Shown here: positions 37,611 through 51,031 of the stretch, in pieces
Position numbering within the stretch: position 1 is the first letter of the stretch
Layout: every line of letters begins with the position of its first letter
The notes under the pieces: model-generated
Told to the model about the DNA's origin: nothing
What the model saw: the letters and a program-made list of their open reading frames with translations, nothing else
The model's database searches: none
Source: Octopus sinensis
Taxonomy: Eukaryota
Length of the DNA stretch: 64,000 bases
Direction of reading: 5' to 3'
Assembly: GCF_006345805.1 (NCBI RefSeq)
Contig: NC_043004.1
Coordinates: forward strand, 101,184,001-101,248,000
Program-made: the position numbers and the translations under genes

Positions 37611-37756
37611 TCATATTCTGCCAAAGTTGTATTTTCCTTTCAACCTCTTGGGATCTAGGTGAGAACTAGGAGCAATGAAATTGACTAAGCCATCCTTTCA
37701 AAATTGCTGACCTTATGGAAAAATTCAAAGCTGTTATTAGGGTTGTGGATTAGCAC

Positions 37757-38008
37757 CAGGGCTGTGGAGTCGAAACAACAAACTTTGACTCCAACTCCTC
37801 TAATATTGGTACCTCCAACTCTTTATGTAATTAAGGGATTGTGGTCTACATACCTCATAAAGCATATGCATACACTTGTACTCTGAGTAGGCCTATGTGT
37901 TATAACTGGTTTATATTAAAGAATAAATGTATTGTGAGTCGGAGTCGGTATAATTTTACCGACTCTGACTCCAGCTACCCCTTAATCGTTTCCAACTCCA
38001 CAGCCCTG
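37757..38008. mobile_element. hAT-like MITE (GGAGTC/GACTCC subterminal repeats)
   Basis: TIR CAGGGCTGTGGAGT; TSD ATTAGCAC/ATTGGCAC; second copy at 53663-53897. Confidence 0.85.
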
Positions 38009-39974
38009 ATTGGCACAACAGTTTAAACATCAAACACAAACCATGCGATATTTTTTCTGGATCTTTCTGATCTGAGTTCAAATTTTGCCAAGGTTAACAG
38101 CAACTACTGGTCTGATATTTGAAGCTTTTTAGGTAAAGAGAAATTATGTTGTAAACTTCTGAAATAGTACAAGCTACAGGAGTCAAATTGCTCCAGATTT
38201 GGCTGCGGAATTACACCTAGAAATTGATTTCTAACAGTCCCAATTACACCTCTGAACTACATCATTTAAACCCTAAATAGATGAGTAAAACAGCAAAAAA
38301 TATACACATGATTCATACAACTAAATTGATAACAAGAGATCGTTTATACTGTTAAATAGAAACTAAAATATGTAATTTACGACATGAAAATTATATTCTC
38401 TAAATGTTTTGAAAAATTAAATAAAATATCCTCTGTAAGTTTTCAAAACCTTATTTTCAATTATTTTACATTTAGATTTTTTTAATTAATTTTTTTTTTT
38501 TTAGTTCCCTTTTTGATTTTTCTTATGTTGGTGATGGAATTATTGTTGTTTTTGTTATTCTTGCAATAAGATTCTTGAGGATTTTACATGATAATTGACA
38601 AAAGAATTCTTTCTTCCTTCTACTTCCTCCTTCTCTTCTCAGATTCTTTCCAGTCAAATATTTCTCTAGCACTTTCCTCAAACATTGCATCCTTCTTTTA
38701 AATGTTCTCTCTTTTCTCACTTGCATACACACCCCCACCTCTCTCTCCCCTTCTCCTCAATCTTCCCCTTCATCATACATACACGCTCTCTATTTCTCTC
38801 TCCATCTGTCTATTTCTCTCTTTCATTTTTGTTTAGTGTATGAAAATGTATGTGTTATTGTGTGTGTGTGTACACGTATATGAGTGAGTTTCTGTGTTCT
38901 GATATGTTCTATTCTGTATATGTTATAGAAAAGAATGAGAGAACAAGAGTGAGAAATGAAATATTTGTGTGATGGTGTGTCTGTCAGTTTAATTGCACGC
39001 TCGGATGGTTCTCTTTTTGACTCCAAGTGATTATTTCTACCACTTTATCACTGCTAGATTAAAGATTCTTATTTTGTCTAATGTTTCATAAGAGTATAAT
39101 GGTTAGGTCCATGGTGGAGTGATTTGCAGACGTGTGTGTATGTATTTATGTATATATGTGTATATGTATGATAATATATTTTAGTGCATTTGTTTGTGAG
39201 TGTGTCTCTGCACTCATATTATCCCGTTTAAATTTGGTTCTGTGGTATGGTTGCCCTCAATTAAAATATCTAGGTTCCTCTGTATTAAAAAAAAAAAGCA
39301 CACTCTCTGCTAAATTATATTTCCTCTAATACTCTTTCTATCAAAATATATTTTCTCTGAATTATAATTCTGTCATAATATGTTTTATAGAATATTAATC
39401 TTTGCTTCTTCAAACATCTTATTTTATCTTAATCATAATAATGAGTAGACCGTGTGCATACAGTCACTATTTTGTAGATTTTTGTGTCTATGGACTTAAT
39501 ATTTGGTAGACTTTGCACCTATAGTCACCTTGTACCTATAGGCAATAATTGATTGGGTATGTTCTGAAAATAGATATTTTTTTGTACCTATATTACAGAC
39601 TATCGTTGAGAAGACATTGTACCTAAACTACAGAAGCATTAAGGCCCTGTGCTTATGAGATACGGTTGTGTTGAAATCTTGTGCTTATATTACACTAGCA
39701 TTGAGAAGACCTTTGTGCCTTTATTAGACACAGTATTGTTGATTACAAATTGACAGTGTCATTAGAGTATTGAATAGAATGGCTTGTGATGTTTGTTTCA
39801 ACTCCTACAAAAGTCTGTTTTCATATTTGGTCCTGTTATGATAAAGTGGCAACCCAGGACAGTGGATTTGCGAATGGGACACCTTGTGTTCTCTGTTCTA
39901 GTCTTTACATTTTCATGTCACCATGTTCCATACTGTATTAGACTTGCTCTTCTTTTAAACAATGTTGGTGTTGT

Positions 39975-40445
39975 GCTGAGCTGGCAGAAACATTAGCATG
40001 CCGGGCGAAATGCTTAGCGGCATTTCATCTGTCTTTACGTTCTGAGTACAATTTTTGCTGAGGTCAACGAGAGATGAGTAATTATGCACATTATTTACAT
40101 TTGACGAATATTTGTCTTCATCTTGTTTGTTGTGGTTAAGAGTGTGAACTACTAACCCCAAGATTCTGAGTTCGATTCCAGGCAGTGACCGGAATAATAA
40201 TAATAATAATATTGAAAAATACCTTAGGAATGAGAACCCAGGTTCAAAATTTCCCCAAGGCACCTGCTGAAGGCTGGAGGGTATATCAGCCAAAACGCTG
40301 TGTTCACAACAAACAAGATGAGGACAAATATCCGTCAAAGGTAAATAATGTAAATAAATTAAGTACCAGTTGAGTACTGGGGTTGATCTAATCGATTGGC
40401 CCCCTCCCCAAAAATTTCGGGCCTTGTTCCTAGAGTAGAAAAGAA
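39975..40445 (+). mobile_element. Meta-domain-type SINE interrupted by a foldback element
   Basis: Head at 39975-40065, tail at 40355-40445. Confidence 0.75.
40088..40351 (+). mobile_element. Foldback element with 46-bp inverted arms, tRNA-like segment, (AAT)n and a decayed hammerhead motif
   Basis: Arms at 40088-40133 and 40306-40351 differ at 3 of 46 positions; motif at 40260-40303. Confidence 0.65.
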
Positions 40446-41189
40446 TATTGGTGTTGTGATAGGATAGTGACATGCATGCAAGGACAACTGTTAGTCTTCT
40501 ATAAAACAGCTTGCCCTGACATGCAGATCCATAATGTCACAAGACATAGATAGACCCCAGGATTGTTGAATAGATTCTATGCTTACAGAGACCGTCATCA
40601 TTGCGATTAAACCCATCATGAGTTATGAGTGTTAAATAGACTTTGTGTCTATAGATAGAATAGCTCTGGGTAGACCTGGCACTTACATCAGAAATCATAT
40701 TGTGTGGACCTTATGCTTTAACTACCACCATATTTTTATGCAGACCTTGTACCTAATAGATATCTCAGTGCATAGATTTTGTACTTGTAATATCTCATAT
40801 TATTGTATAGACTTTGTTCTTGTTTTGGTGCATACTGTTGACAAAGCCTTTCTCAGCTCAATAATGTGGTTACATTTGACTAGTTTCATTCCTTCTGTGC
40901 CATTTCTGTTATCTTGGCTGTTATATCGGTTGTATTATTATTACTGATCATAATAATTACTCTAAGTAAATTCTTTTTGTGTGTGTGGACACACGGCCAC
41001 AAATTTACTGAATCAGTTAACTTAATACTAAGTGTATTATGGCTTTTTCATTAACCCTTGAGAGATGGAAAGTAAAGTCAATTCTGGACTGATTTGGAAT
41101 CAAAGATTCATGAATGAATGTTGAGGCATTTTGTCCAATACCTTACCAACTCTGGCATCCAACACACAACAGCAATAATAACAATTTTA

Positions 41190-41899
41190 ATAGTAATCCT
41201 TTCCACTTTAGGCACAAGGTCCAAAATTTTGGTGGGGAGGGATGCTAGTTGACATTGATCCCAGTGTATAACTGGTACTTATTTCCTCAACCTTGAAAGG
41301 ATGAAAGGCAAAGTCAACCTCAGCAGAATTTTAACTCAGAACAGTAACAATAATAATAATAATCTTTTCTACTCTAGGCAATAATAATAATCTTTTCTAC
41401 TTTAGGCTCTAAGCCCGAAATTTTGAGGCCAGTCAATTAGTTTGACCCTTGTATACAACTTGCACTTAATTTTCGGTCCAAAATTTTGGTGGGGAGTGGT
41501 GCTAGTTGATTACATTGGCCCTAGTGCTTGGCTTATTTCATCAATTCTAAAAGGATAAAAGGCAAACTTAACCTTGGCGGAATTTGATCTTGGAAAATAA
41601 AGATGGAATAAGCACTGCTAAGCATTTTCTTCAATGTGGTAACAATTCTGCTAGCTCACTGCCTTAATAATAATAATAATAATCCTTTCTGGTATAGGCA
41701 CAAGGGCTGGATTTTGTTGGGTGGGGACAGTCGTTCGTATCAACCCCAGTACTCAACTGGTACTTAATTTATCAACCCCGAAAGGATGAAAGGCAAAGTT
41801 GATCTCAGCAGAATTTGAACTCAGAACATAGTGGCAGATGAAATACTGCTAAGCAAATTTCGCCTGGCATGCTAATGGATCTGCCAGCCTTCCACCTTC

Positions 41900-41940
<41 letters not shown>

Positions 41941-42480
41941 TAGTAATAATAATAATAATGATAATAATGATGATAATGATGGTAGTGATTGCTAACTTTG
42001 TCACAGGGCTACATACTAATAGAGGGGATTTATAATTAATTCAACTTTTAGTACATTATTGGCAGTTGCAGTTAGTAAAATAATTCCACTAGGCTTTAAA
42101 ATTAAGACCTATTATTGGTTACTAATTTAGACACAAGATTTATATCAAAGGGATGTAGTTGGTTTAATCAACCTTCACACTTGACTGGTTCATATTTTGT
42201 CAACCTCAAAAGCATGAAAGACAATAGTAGTCATAGTCAGAAGGATTACTTTAGTAACTCAAGGCCATAAATTTCCTGAGTTAATTGAATCAATTCAGAA
42301 CATGCTTCTAATCTTCGCACAAGAACAGCAATTTTGAAGAGAGAGGAGGGGAAAGTCAATTATATCAACAACCCCCAGTGCTAAACTGGTACTAATTTTA
42401 TCAACTTTGAAAGGACAAAAGGGCAAAGTAGACCCTGGCAGCATTTGAATTCAGAATGTAAAAAGCCACAAGAAATGCCA
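41190..42480 (-). mobile_element. Chain of old minus-strand Meta-domain-type SINEs joined by (AAT)n
   Basis: Copies near 41200-41345, 41400-41660, 41680-41900 and 42310-42480. Confidence 0.8.
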
Positions 42481-42814
42481 CCAAGCATAATAATGGTTCT
42501 ATTGACTCACTCCTTAAATTAGAATTATATAATGATAACAGATTTCTGGCTTTAAATGCTGGATCAGAAATTAATAACAGAGATACTATTAGTTTCTTCT
42601 CACTCACTGATAATAATAATAATAATGATGATGATGATGAAAATGAACCTTTATATAGCCATGTTGCTTCAAATTCAAAGGGAACTGATATGAGGTTGAA
42701 ACATCAATACTTCTGATGAATTAAATAATTTAAAGTTTTCACTATAATGTTTTTCCCTTGACATGAGCAAACAGGTTATCAAAAGAACATTGCTTATTGA
42801 ATAATATATTTCTT

Positions 42815-43030
42815 TAGGGGGCTAAACATAGAGGGGACAAACAAGGACAGACAAAGGGATTAAGTCTATTACATTGACCCCAGTGCGTAACTGATACTTA
42901 TTTAATCGACCCCGAAAGGATGAAAAGCAAAGTCAGCCTCAACAGAACTTGAACTCAGTACGTAACGGCAGACGAAATACCGCTAAGCATTTTGCCCGGC
43001 ATGCTAACAATTCTGCCAGCTCACTGCCCT
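42815..43030 (-). mobile_element. Meta-domain-type SINE
   Basis: Reverse complement of family consensus. Confidence 0.85.
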
Positions 43031-43219
43031 TTGCTTATTGAATAATAGTAAGTTTAACTCTGACCAATTGCTACACCAATATGAATAATATTTTACATGA
43101 ATACAAGACTACAAATCAGTGGCAAACTTTTTAAAACCAGGGGCAAATTGCAGGTATAACAGAACCTGTAAGGTTGCATATGAACTAAGAAAAATAACAA
43201 ATCTTTTATTTTTAAAATT

Positions 43220-43625
43220 CATAGGCGCAGAAGGAGTGGCTGTGTGGTAAGTAGCTTGTCTACCAACCACATGGTTCCGGGTTCAGTCCCACTGCATGGC
43301 ACCTTGGGCAAGTGTCTTCTGCTATAGCCTCAGGCTGACCAAAGCCTTGTGAGTGGATTTGGTAAACGGAAACTGAAAGAAGCCCATCGTATATAAGTAT
43401 TTGTATATATGTGTTTGTGTGTCTGTATTTGTCCCCCTAGCATTGCTTGACAACCGATGTTGTGTGTTTATGTCCCCGTTACTTAACGGTTTGGCTAAAG
43501 AGACCGATAGAATAAGTACTGGGCTTACAAAAGAATAAGTCCCGGGGTCGAGTTGCTCGATTAAAGGCGGTGCTCCAGCATGGCCGCAGCCAAATGACTG
43601 AAACAAGTAAAAGAATAAAAGAGAG
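43220..43625 (+). mobile_element. CORE-type SINE, full length, young
   Basis: Intact head, CORE and tail with CpGs retained. Confidence 0.9.
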
Positions 43626-43689
43626 ATATGCAACCTATATTAAGTTACAATTAGTCTTAAGCTTTTAAACCATTTTTTCTTCTTCTCAT

Positions 43690-44035
43690 AGGCACAGGCT
43701 TAGCTGTGTAGGGAAAGAAGCTTGTTTTGTAATCATGAGGTATTATGTTCAGACCAACTATTAGACCTTGTGAGTAAATATGAAGGTGGAAACTGTGTGG
43801 AAGCCCATGATATATGTGTGTGTGTTTGTCCCCCTACCAAATACAGCTTGATAACCAGTGCTGGTTTGTTTACATCCCCATAGACAAATGGTTCAGCAAA
43901 AGATGCTGATAGATAAAATAGATACCAGACATAAACATAGGTACTGGGGAGGGGTCAATCAAGCTAAAATTCTTCTAGGTTGTTCCCCAGCATGGCTGCA
44001 GTCCAATGACTGAAACCGGTTAAAGCTAAAAGACA
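43690..44035 (+). mobile_element. Old CORE-type SINE
   Basis: Diverged head and tail. Confidence 0.7.
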
Positions 44036-44638
44036 GTATAAAAGACAGTGGTGGTATTGAGAATTATTCTCACATAGATGCTGATGACAGTGGTAATAGT
44101 AATTATAATACTATGTAGTACTATGCAGTGACAGTTTTTGTTTCTTTTACTATCAATTTTGGGCTACGGTGAGAATTTTTCTCATCACCATGGTAATTTT
44201 TTTTAGTCTCTCTCTCTTTCTCTCTCTTTCATTACAACATTGGCAAGTACTTATATTCATTTTCTTACCTTAGAAACTGCCAAAATACACTCATACATAA
44301 ACATGTTTTATATGTATTTGATATCAATATGCAGTTATATATGTGTGTATATATATATATATATGCTCACATACGCATATCAGCCAGACTGTCAGATGTT
44401 GTTATACACCACTGGTCACAATGTGCTTTCAATTCTTTCTTGGTTGTCCCTTAATTTTTGTCATGACCCATATTGTTTCACTAAATTATCTTCCCATTGT
44501 CAAGCAGGCCTTTTCCTATCTCTTAGGTACCACTTGGAAATTGTACAGGTTCTCCTGTTGTCTGGGAATCCTGCAATATATCCAGCTCAGTTGTTTTTGC
44601 TGATGATTCCAGGAAAAATATGTTAGAGAACAGGTGGT

Positions 44639-45050
44639 GGATCTTTTCGGTTTGAACAGCAGTTTTCTTCAAGCGGTGTCATATGAAATTGTCACCCATA
44701 ATTATGACCCTAGTATCGATCTATTGCATTTCAATCTGTTTTAGGGTTAGGGATGGGGGGAAGGTTATCTTTTTTCTTCACAAATGTAAATAAACCCAAC
44801 CTGTTTCTTAAACGAGGGACATATTCATACGGCACAGAATGCTTTTTACCTCAATAGACGTCACTGATTGGTTGAAATTGCGGAAATTGAAGCAAAAAAA
44901 ACAACAAATATCTTACAAACTATAGAATTTTCTCAATAAAGCCAAGAGAAAAAGATGTTTTATAAACACATTCAACCAGTATACGAAGTTTAAAATCTTT
45001 TAGTTACCTAGAAATTATGTTAAAAACTGCTGTTCAAACCGAAAAGATCC
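44639..45050. mobile_element. Second copy of the GGATC-TIR MITE
   Basis: TSD CAGGTGGT/CAGGTGGC; interior matches 31956-32343. Confidence 0.85.
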
Positions 45051-46523
45051 CAGGTGGCAGATCCAAAGCTACATGTTTAGGTCAGTGGGCAGAAAGTGAG
45101 AAGGGAGTGGGAAAATTAGCCTCGATAACAAAAAAAAAAAAGCTAATAGATAAAAGAATAAATTTTCACTAACTCAACAAATCTATGTTGGCACTATTTG
45201 AAATAAGCTATATAAATGTGATGGTGATGTTGGTGGTATGATAAAGTTATCAGTGGCTGATAGTCATCAACATGAGATTGTGTTTATTGTAAGCATCGGC
45301 GGATTTAAATGGCTGAAGATAATTTTATTCAACAAAAAAAGTATCACTCCATTTCCTGTAAGGATAGCATTTGTTGATTTTGTGGTGAGGTGTGTATTTA
45401 CTAAGTATTTCCTAAGATATAGACAGAAGTATTTACTAAGAGATAGGCTTATAGGTACACTAACAACATCTGCATTCTATACACAAAATATATGAGACAA
45501 AATTTATACGAGTTTCAAACAACATTTGTAAAGAGTGTAAGAGACACTAAAGCAATTAAAACAATGCTTTAACATACTTAGAGCAAATAAATACAACATT
45601 TGACCAGTAGGAATAAATAACAGCATTGGTATACAAACAATACAATAGATCTATCATTGAGTGTACCATTAATTTCTCTACAGCAAACTTCAATAAACTA
45701 GGAAGAACATAACAGGTGGTATGCAGAGTAGAGCAGCTACACAGCAAAATAAGGAATATTAGAAATGGAAGACCAACTGGGATATTCCAGGGGCACAACT
45801 TGTTGTTACAGCTAGCTCCAACCTCCTCAGTCTCGGCAACCAGAGGAAAAAAACACCTCTAAACACTTAGACACATATACAACACCCCAGAGCACTACTA
45901 CAACATCCTAAAAGCACTACCTCTCCCTACTTAATACAAAAAAAAAAAAAACTTAGAAATAGCTGCTATAATCAAGAACTTTACTGACTTGAACACTGTC
46001 CCGGAGTGCATGCTACTAAGATTAAGTGTAGAGAACTGCAACTTTTGTGCTCTGACTGAATTCATCTCCGCCATCTACTGTGGTCATCGCAAGGATTTGT
46101 GAACAAACATAATTGATAGGGTATTGCAGAGAATGCATCATATCTAAACTGTCTCAGTGCACCCCACATGATTTATCACTGCATGTTGGATTCTGTAGTG
46201 TTGGATTCTCAGATGACCGGAGGTGTAATTGTATAAGTGGAAAGATGCAGTCATGTGTCACATTTCATTATTCAGCCAACTACTTACTTGCGAAAGGTTT
46301 GCTGGATCAGGTGTGACTTGAAGTTGGTTACACAGCAACAAAAATGACAACGCTGAAAAGAAATTTTGTAACTTCTTGTTTTTTCAGTAAGGTTCATTTT
46401 CTGCTACTATAATAGAATATGATTAAGGTTCTTCTTGGATGGTGAAAAATACACCTACTTGTCAGGTAGATAGAAGATTCTTCATGCACATTTGTACAAA
46501 ACCTATATAAAATACAGGTAAAG

Positions 46524-46761
46524 GACGGTGGCGAGCTGGCGGAACAGGTAAAGGACGCGCCGGGCGAAATGCGTAGCCGTATTTCGTCTGCTGTTACGTT
46601 CTGGGTTCAAATTCCACCGAGGTCGACTTTGCCTTTCATCCTCTCGGGGTCAATAAATTAAGTACCAGTTACGCACTGGGGTCGATGTAGTCGACTTAAT
46701 CCATTTGTCTGTCCTTGTTTGTCCTCTCTGTGTTTAGCCCCTTGTGGGTAGTAAAGAAATA
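46524..46761 (+). mobile_element. Young Meta-domain-type SINE with 20-bp TSD
   Basis: TSD TATATAAAATACAGGTAAAG at 46504-46523 and 46762-46781. Confidence 0.9.
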
Positions 46762-47309
46762 TATATAAAATACAGGTAAAGTAACAGGTCATTAACACTG
46801 GGATATCACATCATATAATTTATTATTGTTACAAAATGCTAAGTATCATACAATATGATATAAGGTACTGCTTTGATGAATTTATTATTCAGTTTCAAAT
46901 CAATATTGGTAAAGTATCTTAATTCTCTTGGATTTTTAATAAACCAAGAAATACCTGAATAACGCAATTTACCATTTTCACTTCCTAAAAATATATTGTA
47001 GTTGTATTTGTTACTGAGAAAATGTTCTGACATATGTAGTTTAAAGTCAAAATAGTGAGTCATATATTATTTAGTCAATTTCGCAGTTTGGCACTAGAAG
47101 ACTAATCCTTTCTATTTGCTTTGTTTTATTTTCTTTTTTTTCTTTTGCTTGTTTGTTTTTTGTACATGTTATACATTCAACAGATGGGAGTTTTGAGTTC
47201 AACATATGGAAGATTTGAACCAGGAAACTCGTTACTGTACAAGTATCAAGTTTACTGCTGCTAATCACTACACCACTTTTGACAGTCCTATTATATGTTA
47301 TACTCTCTC

Positions 47310-47500
47310 TCTCTCTTACTTGTTTCAGTCATTTGACTGCGGCCATGCTGGAGCACACCGCCTTTAGTCGAGCAAATCGACCCCAGGACTTATTCTTTGT
47401 AAGCCCAGTACTTATTCTATCGGTCTCTTTTTGCCGAACCGCTAAGTGACGGGGCCGTAAACACACCAGCATCGGTTGTCAAGCAATGCTAGGGGGACAA

Positions 47501-47535
<35 letters not shown>

Positions 47536-48095
47536 CATATATACGACAGGCTTCTTTCAGTTTCCGTCTACCAAATCCACTCACAAAGCATTGGTCGGCC
47601 CGAGGCTATAGTAGAAGACACTTGCTGAAGATGCCACGCAGTGGGACTGAACCCGGAACCATGTGGTTGGTTAGCAAGCTACTTACCACACAGCCACTCC
47701 TGCGTATTTATTTATTCATCAGTGTAGTTTACACCACCAATGCGGCAATACGTGAACTAAAACACAAAGCACCACACCGTACATTCCGAACAACATACAC
47801 CATAGCTGGAATACCGCAAATTATTGATCTCCCTTTCAACATTGTAACATGCAAAATAAAGAAAGCAAAGGCAAGGCAAAATCCTTTTACTATTACTCTT
47901 TTACTTGTTTCAGTCATTTGACTGCGGCCATGCTGGAGCACCGCCTTTAGTCGAGCAACTCGACCCCGGGACTTATTCTTTTTGTAAGCCCAGTACTTAT
48001 TCTATCGGTCTCTTTTGCCGAACTGCTAAGTAACGGGGTCATAAACACACCAGCATCGGTTGTCAAGCAATGCTAGGGGGACAAACACACACACA

Positions 48096-48147
<52 letters not shown>

Positions 48148-48320
48148 TATATACGACGGGCTTCTTTTCAGTTTCCTTCTACCAAATCTACTCACAAGGC
48201 TTTGGTCGGCCCGAGGCTATAGTAGAAGACACCTGCCTAAGGTGCCGCGCAATTGGACTGAACCCGGAACCATGTGGTTGGTAAGCAAGCTACTTACCAC
48301 AGAGCCACTCCTGCGCCTAT
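47310..48320 (-). mobile_element. Two young CORE-type SINEs (47310-47705 and 47895-48320)
   Basis: Near-identical full-length copies. Confidence 0.9.
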
Positions 48321-49789
48321 ATTATAGCAAACGTTACCAAATTACTATGAGCTACATTAATATCGTTACCCAGTACCGTACTGCTCTGCTATATGCTCAG
48401 TAGATTGCACCACACCCATGATACAATCTGTGGAACAACTCCTCGCTTTTGATACGTAGTTATGCTTTGCAAGTTTAGTATGAATTTAAAGATAAAATAG
48501 AAAAAAATAACAAAGAAACTTTTCCTGGACATTTGTCAAGCTGAATCAATCAACGGAGAAACGATTTTGATGGAATGTGTACCGAGTAAACCTTGTTAAA
48601 GCGCACACGTTTTGTTTTAGCTTTGTTACACGTTCAAATATGCATCCCGTAATAATAATAATACAGTGGTTGTAAAAAGTGGAGATCACACAAGTCTCCT
48701 GTTTGATGTGTGTTAAATTTACAGATACGAGGTGGAAATAGAAAAAAAAAGTGAATTAGAATAAGAGGAAAATAGGTAACAGCTTGTATGTGTGACGGGG
48801 GGGGGGAATGAATAAACTATTGATTATTTTATATTATTTTAGATTTTCTTGTTAATTGGAGTAAGGAAATAGTATGGCTAGACAAGGGAGTCAGATATAA
48901 TATGTAGGTAATATGTTAGGATGTACAACAGGAGTAAAAACTACACATTGGTTTTGGTGGGTGTTTATTTTGTTTTTTAGACGTTTATAGTAAATTGCTG
49001 TGAGGAGGAAATAAGAGAATTAAGCTGGGTAAGTGCCAAGGGCAGAGAAAGATGGGTAGGTTAATGAATGAGTGAATGAGCAGTAAAACCTGACTAGGAA
49101 AATGGACATGGTAACTTGTGAATGGACTAAAAGAAGAAGAGAAAAATATGTGAATATGTTTGTTTTGTTAAAAGGGCTTTTTTTTTTATTACTTATTTTG
49201 GTTCTGTACTAGTTCAAGGTGGAATGGTGGGAGAACTGTAATAAATTATTCATTAAGTCACACATAACTTATGTTAGTTCTAGACAAACTACCCTTCTTT
49301 TTTTTTATTTATTTTTTCTTGCTTTACTGGATTTTTTTTTTTATTTTCTTAATTTATTTATTGTTAGATCGCGCCTGCATTTCTGTCTGCTGCCCACACA
49401 GTTATGTTTTTTCTATGTCTGTCCATTTCAATTTTTTTTTTACGACACCCCTTTTCCCTTCTCACTCTACCTAATTAGCTATAGACACTCTGTTCAATGC
49501 CAAATTCTGATTGTTTCCAAATCTCTGGAAGGAATAGTATCGATCTTAAAGGTGTACCTTCATTTAACTCACACAAATATCATTATGTATATGTGCATGC
49601 TTGCACATATAAATAATATTTCTTATTTATATTAGCAAAAGGTTCACCTTTGCCCTTTCAAAATGTACTTTGATTTTCTCATAGTGAGGGTTCTGATGAA
49701 TTTCATTGCTGGGTGACAGCCAGATGTGGAAGTAGGTCACATAAAATATGCTTTGAGATGGTTGTGATGTAAGATGATATTATTATTAT

Positions 49790-50560
49790 TAATAGTTCTT
49801 CCTTATTCTGGCACAAGGCCAGCAATTTTAAGGGATGGCTTACTCGATTGCATCGACCCAGTGCTCAACTGGTACTTAATTTATCATAAAAACAGACAAT
49901 ATGCTGCTAAGCATTCTACTCGGTGTGGTAACGATCCTACAAGCTTCCCACCGAGATGATGATGATAATAATAATGGTTGCAAATTTTTTCCACAAGGGC
50001 AGCAATTTTGGGGGGCGGGGATGGGTCGCTTGTATCGACCCCAGTGTTCAACTGGTACTTATTTTATCGATCCTGAAAGGATGAAAGGTAAAGTCTGCTC
50101 TGGCAGAATTTGAACTCAAAACGTAAAGACGGACGAAATACCTATTTCTTTACTACCCACAAGGGACTAAACACAGAGAGGACAAACAAGGACAGATAAA
50201 CGGATTAAGTCGATTATATCGACCCCAGTGCATAACTGGTACTTATTTAATCGACCCCGAAAGGCAAAGTCGACCTCAACGGAATTTGAACTCAGAACGT
50301 AGCGGCAGACGACATACCACTAAGCATTTTGCCCAGCATACTAACAATTCAGCCAGCTCGCCACCCAAATAATACTAATATTACTACTAATAATAATAAT
50401 CCTTTCTACTAAAGGTACAAGGCCTGAAATTTTGAGGGGGATGACTAGTTGTTTACATTGACCCCTGTATTTCACTGGTGCTTAATTTATCAACCTCGAA
50501 AGTATGAAAGGCAAAGACAACCTCAACAAAGTTTGAACTCAGAACATAGCGACGGACAAA
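49790..50560 (-). mobile_element. Chain of minus-strand Meta-domain-type SINEs including a dimer
   Basis: Junction GAAATACCTATTTC at 50135-50148. Confidence 0.8.
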
Positions 50561-50704
50561 ATACATAATAATAACAATAATGGTTTATAGTTGCCGATAT
50601 GGTTACATTGTGAAGTTATCAATTAGGGCCTGACAGAGTATCCTTGTTAATATTAGTCTCATAATTTGGTTAGGTTTACTGTTCCATGTGTGAATAGTCT
50701 AATG

Positions 50705-51031
50705 CAGTGGTTCCCATCCTGGGGTCCGCAGACCACTGGTGGTCCGCAAATGTAGTACAGGAGGTCTGTAAACTAGTCTGTAAGTATTTTCTCTTTCTCA
50801 CTGGACCGCTGGTGGCGAAAAAAAATTATATTGAATTTTTTGCTACCCTTATATTGATGAATATATATATATATATTGGCTAAACTGGCAATATGACCAT
50901 TCCGAAATATAACTATATATATATATATACTCACACACACACATAAGGATAAGCATATTAAAAGGGATCCGTGGGAAAACTCATTTAAATAAAAAGGGTC
51001 CTTGGTAGTGAAAAGGTTGGGATTTACCAGC
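50705..51031. mobile_element. hAT-like MITE (degenerate right end)
   Basis: Left TIR CAGTGGTTCCCATCCT with GGTCCGC motifs; right end AAAAGGTTGGGA. Confidence 0.6.
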
